DNA from: Gemmatimonadota bacterium | Lineage (GTDB): Bacteria > Gemmatimonadota > Gemmatimonadetes > Palauibacterales > Palauibacteraceae | Assembly: GCA_965116475.1 (NCBI GenBank) | Contig: OZ220691.1 | Coordinates: forward strand, 224,001-288,000 | DNA: 64,000 nt | Reading direction: 5' to 3' | Shown: positions 1-8,905 of the stretch, piece by piece | Position numbering within the stretch: the first letter of the stretch is position 1 | Layout of the letters: each line of letters starts with the position of its first letter | Position numbers and translations under genes: made by a program | Notes under the pieces: generated by a model | What the model saw: only the letters and a program-made list of their open reading frames with translations | The model's database searches: none | What the model was told of the DNA's origin: nothing

Positions 1-49
1 AATGTTCCCGGAGAGTCTCATGCGGTTCACTGTCGCCGAGGGAGGCTGA
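1..49 (+). CDS. 3' end of an unidentified CDS (partial; ...MFPESLMRFTVAEGG*)
   Basis: Open frame ending TGA at 47-49, convergent with the next gene; too short to identify. Confidence 0.35.
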   Translation, partial: MFPESLMRFTVAEGG

Positions 50-53
50 CCTT

Positions 54-761
54 TCATCGGATCGCGGGGGAGCCGAGGAGGTCGGCGCGGCCCTCGATGT
101 CGAGGAGGGCGCGCTTGTAGCGGAGTCCGCCGGTGTATCCGCCCAGCGTCCGGTCGGCCCGGACGACCCGGTGGCACGGCACGATGATCGGGATCGGATT
201 GCGGCCGAGCGCATTGCCCACCGCGCGCGATGCTCTTGGACGGCCGATGCGCCGGGCGATGTCGGTGTACGTCACCGTCTCGCCGAACTCGAGTCCGGAG
301 GCGGCGTTCAGTACGGCGCGCTGAAAGTCGCCCAGTTCCGTGAGGTCGACGGAGAGATCGAAGCGAGGGCGGCGACGGCCGAAGTACTCCGTAAGCTGCG
401 CTTCCGCGGGCGCGAGCAGGTCGGAGTCGCACACCACGGGCGTCGACGGATGCCGGCGCTCGAGACCGGCGAGGAACGCGCCGTCGCTCTCGTCCTGCCA
501 TGAGAGCGCGACCAGGCCGGCCGCGCTCGACGCGATGCGCATGGCACCAAACGGAGAACCGAAGCGGTGCCAGCGGATGACCGGGCCACCCCGGAGGCCC
601 TCCGCGGTGCGATGCAGCATCCGGTATTCCACCGCGCGCTCCCGACAGACGGGGCACGCCGCCATGCGTTCGGCGAGTTTCCGGGCGGCGTCCGCATCCG
701 GATCGCCCAGGACCCAGGCGAGTACGTCTTCTTCGTGACAGGTCGCGCAACGTCGCGTCAT
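54..761 (-). CDS. Methylated-DNA--protein-cysteine methyltransferase (Ogt/Ada C-terminal type) with N-terminal zinc-finger anti-sigma-like domain
   Basis: IVPCHRVV active-site motif, YTDIARRIG...RAVGNALGRNP, GGYTGGL; N-terminal CATCH...CPVC; start ATG at 761 overlaps the sigma stop (ATGA). Confidence 0.9.
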   Translation of the reverse strand: MTRRCATCHEEDVLAWVLGDPDADAARKLAERMAACPVCRERAVEYRMLHRTAEGLRGGPVIRWHRFGSPFGAMRIASSAAGLVALSWQDESDGAFLAGLERRHPSTPVVCDSDLLAPAEAQLTEYFGRRRPRFDLSVDLTELGDFQRAVLNAASGLEFGETVTYTDIARRIGRPRASRAVGNALGRNPIPIIVPCHRVVRADRTLGGYTGGLRYKRALLDIEGRADLLGSPAIR

Positions 762-1309
762 AGCGGCCCCTCCTCGCGCCACACCTCGGCGAGGTCGCGG
801 CGCAGCTTCTTCATTCCCTGGTAGACGTTGGCGCGGGCGGCTTCGGACGTGCAGCCCAGCCGGTTGGAGATCGTCGCGTAGTCCATCTCTTCGATCCAGC
901 GGAGCCAGACGGCGTCCCGCTGCCGGCGGGGGAGCGCCGCGACACCCTTCCGGACGCGCGCCACGGCGGCCTCGGAGAGCCGATCCAGCGCCGCATCGGC
1001 CGCCGCAGCCGCGGCAACGGTGCCGGACCTCAACTCGTCGGAGTGGGCCGTGAGCAACGCCGCGCGCCGGCGCCTCATGGCGAGGTGGTCGAGCGCCCGC
1101 CGCGTCACCACCCGGTACAGCCAGGCACGGATGTTGGAGGCGTCCCCCGTCTCGGGCCGGGCACGGATCGCCGTCATCCACAGGTCCTGCACGATGTCCC
1201 GGGCCTCGTCCGCGTTGCCCAGCATCGCGGCCACATGGCGCTGCAATTCAGGCCCGTATCGCTCGGACCAGCGCCGCACCCCGTGTGCCGACTCCGTGCC
1301 TGTGGTCAT
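758..1309 (-). CDS. ECF (sigma-70 family) RNA polymerase sigma factor
   Basis: Region 2 (EARDIVQDLW...RAWLYRV...ALD) and region 4 (LPRRQRDAVWLR...YATISNRLG...ARANVYQG); 183 aa. Confidence 0.92.
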   Translation of the reverse strand: MTTGTESAHGVRRWSERYGPELQRHVAAMLGNADEARDIVQDLWMTAIRARPETGDASNIRAWLYRVVTRRALDHLAMRRRRAALLTAHSDELRSGTVAAAAAADAALDRLSEAAVARVRKGVAALPRRQRDAVWLRWIEEMDYATISNRLGCTSEAARANVYQGMKKLRRDLAEVWREEGPL

Positions 1310-1531
1310 CTGCCTCGGATCCGCCTTTCAACCCTTGCCAGCGCTCGTTCTCGCTCCTTACAACGTATCGCCCCGGAAACCGTGAAAACGGGCGCGCACC
1401 ACAGGCCGTGCCGCAACTGGCCACGCGAACGCGTGAATCGTACCGTGTGGGCCCGCGACCCACCCGGGCCTGAAGAGCACAGCGGCGGCGGGCGCGCCGT
1501 CCGACATCCAATCCGCAGAACCGAGGCTCCC

Positions 1532-2683
1532 TTGAAATCAGCACATATCGGACCCGTATCGTCCCCGACCCGCATCGCGGTCTCGTTCGCGGCCGCGTTC
1601 CTTGCGACGGCCTGCGCCGCCGACGCCGGAGAGGAAGCCGATGCCGCCACCAATCAGAACGGCATGGAGGACGGCGCCGAGAACGCCGCCGTGATGCACG
1701 ACCCGCTGCCGGAAGAGCGGCGATTCGCCAGCCTCGCCCAACTCACCTTCGAGGGGGAGAACGCCGAAGCGTACTACTCCTCGGACGGGCAGCGCCTGAT
1801 CTTCCAGCGCCGGCACGAGGGCGAGTACGAGTGCGACCAGATCTTCACCATCGGCGTCGAGGGCGGTGAGCGGAATCTCGTCTCGACGGGCCTGGGGCGG
1901 ACCACCTGCTCCTACTTCTTCCCGGACGACTCGCGGATCGTCTACAGCTCCACGCATCATGTGGCGCCCGAGTGTCCTCCGCCGCCCGACATGCGGCGCG
2001 GATACGTATGGGCGCTGTACGACTTCGACATCTACACGGCGAACCCGGACGGTTCCGACGTCCGGACGATCTTCTCGAGTCCCGGTTACGACGCGGAGGC
2101 GACCCTCGCTCCGGACGGTTCGCGGATCGTCTTCACCTCCACGCGCGACGGAGACCTGGACATCTACACGATGAATCCCGACGGCTCCGACGTCCGGCAG
2201 CTCACGAACGAACCCGGATACGACGGCGGGCCCTTCTTCTCCCCCGACGGATCGAAGATCGTGTACCGGGCGAGGTACCCCGAGAGCGCGGAGGAACTCG
2301 CGGACTACCAGGCGCTCCTGGCCGACGGTCTCGTCCGTCCCGGCGTGCTCGACATCTACGTGATGGACGCGGACGGCTCGAACCGGGTGCGCCTCACGGA
2401 CAACGGGGCCGCGAACTTCGCCCCCTTCTTCCACCCGAGCGGCGAGAAGGTGATCTTCGCTTCGAACCTGCACGAGGACGATCCCCGCAGCCGCAATTTC
2501 GACCTCTTTCTCGTGAACCTGGACGGGACGGGGCTGGAGCAGGTGACGTTCAGCGAGGAGTTCGAGAGCTTCCCCATGTTCAGCCCGGACGGCCGTTATC
2601 TCGTGTTCGGATCGAACCGGCACGGGTCCCACGAGGGCAACACGAACATCTTCATCGCCGAGTGGATCGACGACCTGCCCTGA
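1532..2683 (+). CDS. TolB-like beta-propeller (PD40/WD40-like repeat) lipoprotein
   Basis: Repeated FSPDG/SSDG..IVF motifs; lipobox-like LATAC; start placed at TTG 1532 after GAGG. Confidence 0.85.
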   Translation: MKSAHIGPVSSPTRIAVSFAAAFLATACAADAGEEADAATNQNGMEDGAENAAVMHDPLPEERRFASLAQLTFEGENAEAYYSSDGQRLIFQRRHEGEYECDQIFTIGVEGGERNLVSTGLGRTTCSYFFPDDSRIVYSSTHHVAPECPPPPDMRRGYVWALYDFDIYTANPDGSDVRTIFSSPGYDAEATLAPDGSRIVFTSTRDGDLDIYTMNPDGSDVRQLTNEPGYDGGPFFSPDGSKIVYRARYPESAEELADYQALLADGLVRPGVLDIYVMDADGSNRVRLTDNGAANFAPFFHPSGEKVIFASNLHEDDPRSRNFDLFLVNLDGTGLEQVTFSEEFESFPMFSPDGRYLVFGSNRHGSHEGNTNIFIAEWIDDLP

Positions 2684-2812
2684 TCGACGACCTGTCTGGC
2701 GGTCCGTGGCCGCCCGTGACCGACATCGCCCGTGGGCCGTCTAGTCTCTGAAGACAGTCCCGGCGGCGAACCGGCCGCCCGGGGCGGAGACCGGAAGACA
2801 CGGGAGCTTGGG

Positions 2813-4954
2813 ATGCGGTTCGCAAACGCGACAGGAAACTCTGGAGCCCCCTGGCGGTTGCGGGGCCGGCGGCGGGTGTGGGCGGTCGGGGTGGCATGGG
2901 GCGTCTCGTTCGCCGCGCCCCCGGTCTCCGCTCAGGAGGCGGAGGTCCCGATCGATTACGACGCCGCGATCGCGCAGAACGGGATCGAGGGCAGCTACGG
3001 ATATCTGCGCGCGCTGGACGGGTCCGCGACGCTCATTCAAGGGGACACCCGCGAGCGCGTCCAGCTCGCCGTGAACGAGCCCGTCCTCGTCGGCGACCGG
3101 ATCTTCGCGTCCGGCGAATCGCGCGTCGAGATTGCGCTCGCCGATGGCAACCTCGTCCGGATCGGGGATCGGGCGGAACTTGTCTTCCGCGCGCTCGCCA
3201 ACTCCGCGGATACGAGCGATCCCGCCTCCATTCTCGAACTCGCGCGCGGGTCGCTTCAGCTTCTGGTGGCCGCGAACCCACCGGGGGCCGAATGGCCCTC
3301 CATCATCACCCCGAACGGGACGATCCGGCCGCGGGGAGCCGGCTCCTTCCTGATCGTCGTCGACGACGAACGCCGTAGCGAGGTCGTCGTGCGCGAAGGC
3401 GTGGCGGAGGTCACGACAGAGACGGAACTCGCCGAGGTTCGGCGCGGGGAGAGCCTCTTCGTCGAGGGTGTGCGAGGGGACCGGCTCCGCTTCGCGGCGG
3501 CCCCGAATCTCGATGGTCTGGAGGCGTGGGGCCAGGGGCTCGGCGACTACGCGGGCGGGGAATACACCGCTCATGTGGACCCGGACCTCCACTACGCGGC
3601 GTCTTCGCTCGGAGGGCACGGGTCGTGGGTCCATGTCGACGCGGGGGTCGCCTGGCGTCCGCGGGTGTCGACGGGCTGGGCGCCGTACCGGCACGGGCGG
3701 TGGCGACACACGCCGAGCGGGATGTTCTGGGTCTCGTACGAACCGTGGGGCTGGGTGCCCTACCACTACGGGTACTGGGACCTCGATCCCGACTGGGGCT
3801 GGATCTGGTTCCCGGGCCGGAGTTTCGCCGTCGCGCACGTGTACTGGTACTGGGGCCCGAGCTACGCGGGCTGGATTCCCTCGGGATACTACTGGCGCCA
3901 CTACCGGAACTATTACGGGAGCAGCTGGGGCTTCCACTTCGGGGTCTACGGGCACATCGGGGGCGGCTTCGGGCGCTATCGGCACTGGACCTTCCTGCCG
4001 CACGGGCGCCTCGGACACCGGCGACAGCACTTTTACTCGGTGGGCGGTTCGGACTTCGGTCGCGGGCGGAGGGCGGTCGAGCGCGGCGTGCTGCTGACGG
4101 ACTCCCGCCTGCTCGGGCGCCAGGCGCAACGGCGACCCGCGCAGACGCTCGCAAGCCTCAGGCGCGCGGTGGCCCGTGACGGGAGAACGGCCGTCGATGC
4201 GAACGGCTTCATCGATCGCGGCACGAACCTGCCGCGTGAAGTCGAACGCGTGGTGCTGCGAGGGCGCGATGGCCGGTCGGCCCGCCCGCGCGACGCGACG
4301 GCCGGGGCGCGGAGCGACCCCTCGCGGGCGACCGGCGCGCCACCGGTACGCGTTACCACGCGGTCGGCGGAGGGCGGCACCGTGCGGCTGGAGCGGCCCG
4401 GAGTGCAGCGAGCGACGCGACCCGGCGTCCAGCGGGCGACGACGCGGACCGGCGTGCAACGGACGACGCCGCCCGCGTCCGAGACCGGCGCCCGCGCGGC
4501 GATCCGGCGGCCCACGACACGGGATGTTTCCGGCGGCGCGAGACGTCCCGCCGTGCGACCCTCGATACGGTCGGGTTCCGGCGGCGTACAGCGCGCATCC
4601 CCGCGGAGGGGCGACGACGGCGTCCGCCGGATCGTCCGTCCGCGGACGGCCCGGGAGCAGCCGGCCGTTCGGCCTACGACGGCGAGGCCGTCCCGGCCGG
4701 TCCTGCGACGTCCGCCGTCGACGACGAGACCCGTGATCCGGCAATCCATCCCGCGGTCACCGCGGCCCGCGGTGCGCCCCCCCGGCTCGTCAAGGTCGAG
4801 CGGCACCGTCAGAAGATCCGGCAGCGGGTCCCGGTCCGGAGGCGCGGTCCGCCGCTCCAGCGGCAGCTCCCGATCCGGGGGCGCGGTCCGCCGCTCCAGT
4901 GGCAGTTCGCGGTCGACCGGTGCGGCCCGCGCCCGCGGCCGGTCCGGGGGTTAG
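2813..4954 (+). CDS. FecR-domain / DUF6600-like exported protein with Arg/Ser/Gly-rich disordered tail
   Basis: Signal peptide ending VSA-QE; FecR-like segment (GDRIFAS..SRVEI..ADGNLVRIG); Trp-rich WRP..GWAPY..GRW..WVSYEPWGWVPYHYGYW block. Confidence 0.8.
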   Translation: MRFANATGNSGAPWRLRGRRRVWAVGVAWGVSFAAPPVSAQEAEVPIDYDAAIAQNGIEGSYGYLRALDGSATLIQGDTRERVQLAVNEPVLVGDRIFASGESRVEIALADGNLVRIGDRAELVFRALANSADTSDPASILELARGSLQLLVAANPPGAEWPSIITPNGTIRPRGAGSFLIVVDDERRSEVVVREGVAEVTTETELAEVRRGESLFVEGVRGDRLRFAAAPNLDGLEAWGQGLGDYAGGEYTAHVDPDLHYAASSLGGHGSWVHVDAGVAWRPRVSTGWAPYRHGRWRHTPSGMFWVSYEPWGWVPYHYGYWDLDPDWGWIWFPGRSFAVAHVYWYWGPSYAGWIPSGYYWRHYRNYYGSSWGFHFGVYGHIGGGFGRYRHWTFLPHGRLGHRRQHFYSVGGSDFGRGRRAVERGVLLTDSRLLGRQAQRRPAQTLASLRRAVARDGRTAVDANGFIDRGTNLPREVERVVLRGRDGRSARPRDATAGARSDPSRATGAPPVRVTTRSAEGGTVRLERPGVQRATRPGVQRATTRTGVQRTTPPASETGARAAIRRPTTRDVSGGARRPAVRPSIRSGSGGVQRASPRRGDDGVRRIVRPRTAREQPAVRPTTARPSRPVLRRPPSTTRPVIRQSIPRSPRPAVRPPGSSRSSGTVRRSGSGSRSGGAVRRSSGSSRSGGAVRRSSGSSRSTGAARARGRSGG
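4790..4906 (+). repeat. Three imperfect 39-nt coding tandem repeats (SRSGGAVRRSSGS-like)
   Basis: Units at 4790, 4829 and 4868; GGCGCGGTCCGCCGCTCCAG is exact in units 2 and 3. Confidence 0.75.
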
Positions 4955-4964
4955 TCCACCGGGG

Positions 4965-5534
4965 TCAGGGGTCCGGCCACACGGCCGGATCCCGCGCCAT
5001 CTCGGGCTCCGGTTCGACGCCGAGCGCCTCGACCATGCGGACGTAGTAGTTGAAGAAGCCGACCACCTCGGTCGCGGTGAGGATCTGCGCGTCGGTCCAG
5101 CCGACCTCCCGTAGCTCGTCGATGTCCCGCCGCCCGGTGGAGGTCGGCTCACGCGTGATCGCCACCGCATAGTCCATCAGCCGGCGCGTCTTCTCGTCGA
5201 GCCGGGCCGTGCGGTAGTCGGTACGGATCGCGCGGGCCAGCTCAGCGTCTCCGGTGGCCTGACGGAGATCCTCTCCGTGCGCCTCCGTTCAGTAGAAGCA
5301 GTCGAGTTCGCGCGAGGTCACGGTCGCGAGCATCTCCCGCACGTCCCGCCCCAGCGGTCCCGGCGCCAGCATCAACGCCTCGTAGAGCCGGATCGAGGCG
5401 CGCATGACGGGCGGGTTCAGGCTCTGGATGCCGATCACGTTGAAGACGCGCCCGGCGCGGCGGACGGCCTTCTCGTACTCGCGGGCGAGGAGCCCCTTCG
5501 CTTCGTCGGGAGCTACCGTCTCGATATGCGGCAT
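4965..5534 (-). CDS. AhpD-like / carboxymuconolactone decarboxylase family peroxidase-related selenoprotein (CFYU, Sec at codon 82; 189 aa)
   Basis: ORFs 5289-5534 and 4965-5177 are in the same frame, separated only by TGA 5289-5291 at the second Cys position of the CxxCxxxH motif (CFY-U-TEAH); AGGAGG RBS; hairpin downstream of the UGA. Confidence 0.88.
5262..5278 (-). promoter_or_regulatory. Putative bacterial SECIS element
   Basis: ACGGAGA-GGA-TCTCCGT perfect 7-bp stem starting 10 nt after the UGA, loop beginning GG. Confidence 0.75.
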
Positions 5535-5595
5535 TTCGCCTCCTGTGGACGATGGATCCGAGGTGCGAATCGGCTCATCGGCGGCCGCGGCTCCC

Positions 5596-6624
5596 TCAGC
5601 GGACGAGGAAACCGTCCCGCCACGGATCCTCCGGATCGACGAGGAACTCGTGGCGGCCCGTGACCCACGCCCGGCCACCCACCTCCGGCACGACCGCCGG
5701 ATGACCGCCGACGGTCGTCGTGTCCACGATCCGTCCGCTGAACCGGCCGCCGATGATGCTCTCGACAACGATCTCCGCGTCCCCGAGGATCTCGCCCCGG
5801 GCGCGAAGGATGGCCAGACGGCCGCTCACGGCGGTCCCGGTCGGGCTGCGGTCGAGTTCTCCGTCCGCGAAGATGCAGACGTGCCGCGAGTGGTGTGCGG
5901 CATCGGCCGCCGCGCCCGTGAACACGGTGCCGTAGAGAAAGCCGAGATCGGGATCGTCCGGATGAGAGATGTCGCCGGCGGCGGACGAAGACACCGCGCG
6001 CGTGATCCGGCGCCCCGCGTCGATGAGGTCGGCCGCGCAGCCGGGGGTGAGGGAGAGCCCGAGGGCGTCCGCATCGACGTAGGCATAGAACGCGCCGCCG
6101 AACGCGAGGTCGTACGGCACCTTGCCCAGCCCCTCGACCTCGACGGCCCGCTCCAGCGCGGGCGCGAAGGAGGGCACGTTGAGGAACCGGACCTCGCGGA
6201 CCCGTTCGCCGTCCAGGATGGCGGTGGCGCGTACGAGTCCGGCCGGCGTGTCGATCGTCACGGGCCGCTCCCTCCCCGATCCGTCGATCCAGCCGGCTTC
6301 GGCGGCGATCTTCGCCACGCCGATGATCCCGTGACCGCACATGGTCGAATAGCCCTCGTTGTGCATGAACAGGACGGAGAAGTCCGATCCGGGCCGCACG
6401 GGCGGCATCACGAGGCAGCCGTACATGTCCGCATGCCCACGCGGTTCCCACATGAGGGCGCGGCGGAGTTCGTCGTGCTCCGCCCGCGCGACGCGACGCC
6501 GTGCGAGGACCGTGTCTCCATCCAACTCCGGGAAACCCGCCACGATGACGCGGAGCGGCTCTCCCTCGGTGTGGGCATCGATCGTCTCGATGCGAAGCCA
6601 GTGTTCGGGCGCGGTCCAGATCAT
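5596..6624 (-). CDS. Proline racemase family protein, Cys/Thr type (probable trans-3-hydroxy-L-proline dehydratase)
   Basis: IDAHTEGEPLR, EPRGHADMYG, MCGH and DRSPTGT motifs; start at ATG 6624 (GAGGAG upstream). Confidence 0.85.
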   Translation of the reverse strand: MIWTAPEHWLRIETIDAHTEGEPLRVIVAGFPELDGDTVLARRRVARAEHDELRRALMWEPRGHADMYGCLVMPPVRPGSDFSVLFMHNEGYSTMCGHGIIGVAKIAAEAGWIDGSGRERPVTIDTPAGLVRATAILDGERVREVRFLNVPSFAPALERAVEVEGLGKVPYDLAFGGAFYAYVDADALGLSLTPGCAADLIDAGRRITRAVSSSAAGDISHPDDPDLGFLYGTVFTGAAADAAHHSRHVCIFADGELDRSPTGTAVSGRLAILRARGEILGDAEIVVESIIGGRFSGRIVDTTTVGGHPAVVPEVGGRAWVTGRHEFLVDPEDPWRDGFLVR

Positions 6625-6765
6625 TGTGAACTCCTCGGTGAGACGGTGGCCCCCGTCGACGGGATCGTCGTATGCTGGCGTCGCTGATCTTACGCCCCGT
6701 CGCCGAAGTCCGCTCCGGAGACGGTTCGCCGCGCCGCACGATGATCGATCGTCAGGGGAGAAGGC

Positions 6766-7386
6766 ATGAGACCGAGGGCTGTCGCCGCCGAACTCGTGGG
6801 CACGTTTGCGCTCGCGCTGTCCGCCGCGATTTCCGTCAATCACCCCGGTTTTTCTGTCCCGGCGCCGGCGATGGCGGGACTCACGCTGGGGGTCCTCGTT
6901 CACCTGGTCGGGCCTGTCTCGGGGTGCCTGCTCAACCCGGCGGTGACGATCGCCATCTGGTCGATCGGCAGGCTCGAGGCGAAGGACGCCGGCTCGTTCA
7001 TCGCGGCGCAGTTTGCGGGGGCCGGGCTGGCCCTCGCCCTCGGAAGCGTCCTGTTCGCAGATCCGGTCCCGCTCCCCGTGGACGCGTCCGCCGGCACCGG
7101 CGTGGCCGAGATGCTGGGAGCTGCATTCCTCGCCTTCACGATCGGGGCCGTCTTCATGGGCCGCATCCCCGACCGGCTGACCGGCGCCGTCATCGGCGCG
7201 GCACTCGTCGTGGGAATCTCCTGGGCCGCGCACGGATCGAACGGAGTGCTCAATCCCGCGGTGGCCCTGGGGATCGGTTCCTTCTCGTTCCCCTACGTGT
7301 GGGGACCGGTCGTCGGCGCCCTGATCGGCGCGCATCTGTCCCGGTACGTGTGCGACCCGGGCGGCCGGACGACCCGGGTCGACTAA
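6766..7386 (+). CDS. MIP/aquaporin family channel
   Basis: AELVGTF, SGCLLNPAVT and VLNPAVAL (two NPA motifs), six hydrophobic segments, YVWGP. Confidence 0.88.
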   Translation: MRPRAVAAELVGTFALALSAAISVNHPGFSVPAPAMAGLTLGVLVHLVGPVSGCLLNPAVTIAIWSIGRLEAKDAGSFIAAQFAGAGLALALGSVLFADPVPLPVDASAGTGVAEMLGAAFLAFTIGAVFMGRIPDRLTGAVIGAALVVGISWAAHGSNGVLNPAVALGIGSFSFPYVWGPVVGALIGAHLSRYVCDPGGRTTRVD

Positions 7387-7799
7387 CCGCCCGTGGCCTG
7401 GCGGTCGGAGAGGTTCTCGCCCTCGGGCGGGTCCGGTGTTTCGCCCGCGGCGAGAGCGCGGTAGAAGGTGAGTCCGTTTCTGTCGAGGTCGTAGAAGGCG
7501 AACTCGCGCGTGCCCCAGGGCGTCCGCCGCAGGGCCGTGCGCTCGTGGAAAACCCCCAGGTCCCGGTATTCCTCGAACAGTTCCTCGACGTCGGGCACGA
7601 CGAAACGCAGCATGGGCCGCTCCACGCGGGACCACTCCTCCGCGTCGTGCCACTGCAGGTGCAACTCGATCCCGTCCCGCCGCACGCCGGCGTACCCCGG
7701 GTCGCGAGTCGAATCGGCGAACGCGAGTTCGAAGCCGAGCCGCCCGACGTAGAAGCCGATCGCCGCGGCCACATCCCGCGACGGAAGCACGGGCTGCAC
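7383..7799 (-). CDS. VOC/glyoxalase/bleomycin-resistance family protein (start uncertain)
   Basis: PVLPSRDVAAAIGFYVGRLGF ... TPWGTREFAFYDLDRNGLTF. Confidence 0.8.
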   Translation of the reverse strand: MQPVLPSRDVAAAIGFYVGRLGFELAFADSTRDPGYAGVRRDGIELHLQWHDAEEWSRVERPMLRFVVPDVEELFEEYRDLGVFHERTALRRTPWGTREFAFYDLDRNGLTFYRALAAGETPDPPEGENLSDRQATGG

Positions 7800-7831
7800 C
7801 GCTGCGAGGCGGGCCGTCCGCCCCTCGGCCG

Positions 7832-8905
7832 CTATCGGTAGTTCTCCATCAGGGCGTCCAGCGCCTCGGCGCCCGGGCACAACTCCTCGAAGGGGAGGTT
7901 CCACAGCGGCCGATCGACCGTCCCCAGCACGTCGTGCAGGTCCCTCGACTCCGGATCCACGTAGAGGAGCCCGGTCGGAACCTCGCCTGCGTTCTGCCGC
8001 TCGCGCAGGTAGCCGTACACGGCGTCCCTGTCCGTCGCGTCGTAGTCGCCCTCGACCTGCCGGAAGCGGATCACGCTGCCGTCGTGCATGCGGACGTCGC
8101 GTACGTCCTCGGAGCCGATATCGGCCGTGATCTCATCCGCCGGGGGGACGAAGTCCTTCGGGGCCACGAACGCGGCCTCGACCGCCTCGCGGAAGTGCTC
8201 GCGCGTGTAGGCGTAGCTTTTCGTCGACCCGACGTGGTCGTTGAAGGTCACGCACGGAGAGATGACATCGACGAGGGCCAGGCCCGGGTGCCGGATCCCG
8301 GCCTTGATGATGGGAACGAGCTGGTTCTTGTCGCCGGAGAAGCCGCGGGCCACGAAGGTCGCGCCGATCGAAAGCCCGAGCAGGGCCGGATCGATGGGGG
8401 GCTGTTCGTTCGGCACGCCCCGCTTCGACTTCGAGCCCATGTCGGCCGAGGCCGAGAACTGGCCCTTCGTCAGGCCGTAGACCCCGTTGTTCTCGATGAT
8501 GTAGAGGAGATTGAGGTTGCGCCGCACCGCGTGGCAGAGCTGGCCGAGGCCGATCGAGAGCGAGTCCCCGTCGCCGGAGACGCCTATGTAGACGAGGTCG
8601 CGGTTCGCGGCGTTCGCCCCGCTCGCGACCGACGGCATGCGCCCGTGCACGCTGTTGAAGCCGTGCGATTCGGACATGAAGTAGGCGGTCGTCTTGGACG
8701 AACAGCCGATCCCGCTCATCTTCGCGGCCCGGTGCGTGGGGATCGCAAGCTCCCACGCCGCTTCGATCAGCGCCGCCGTGACGGAGTCGTGGCCGCACCC
8801 CGCGCACAGCGTGGACATCACGCCCTCGTAGTCGCGGCGCGTGAGCCCCAGTTCGTTCTTCTCCAGACTCGGGTGGAAGACCCGCGGCTTCGCAATGTAC
8901 GTCAT
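7832..8905 (-). CDS. korB: 2-oxoacid:ferredoxin oxidoreductase subunit beta
   Basis: LCAGCGH, SGIGCSSK, VHGR, TPP motif GDGD...NNGVYGLTKGQ, ISPCVTFN. Confidence 0.93.
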   Translation of the reverse strand: MTYIAKPRVFHPSLEKNELGLTRRDYEGVMSTLCAGCGHDSVTAALIEAAWELAIPTHRAAKMSGIGCSSKTTAYFMSESHGFNSVHGRMPSVASGANAANRDLVYIGVSGDGDSLSIGLGQLCHAVRRNLNLLYIIENNGVYGLTKGQFSASADMGSKSKRGVPNEQPPIDPALLGLSIGATFVARGFSGDKNQLVPIIKAGIRHPGLALVDVISPCVTFNDHVGSTKSYAYTREHFREAVEAAFVAPKDFVPPADEITADIGSEDVRDVRMHDGSVIRFRQVEGDYDATDRDAVYGYLRERQNAGEVPTGLLYVDPESRDLHDVLGTVDRPLWNLPFEELCPGAEALDALMENYR

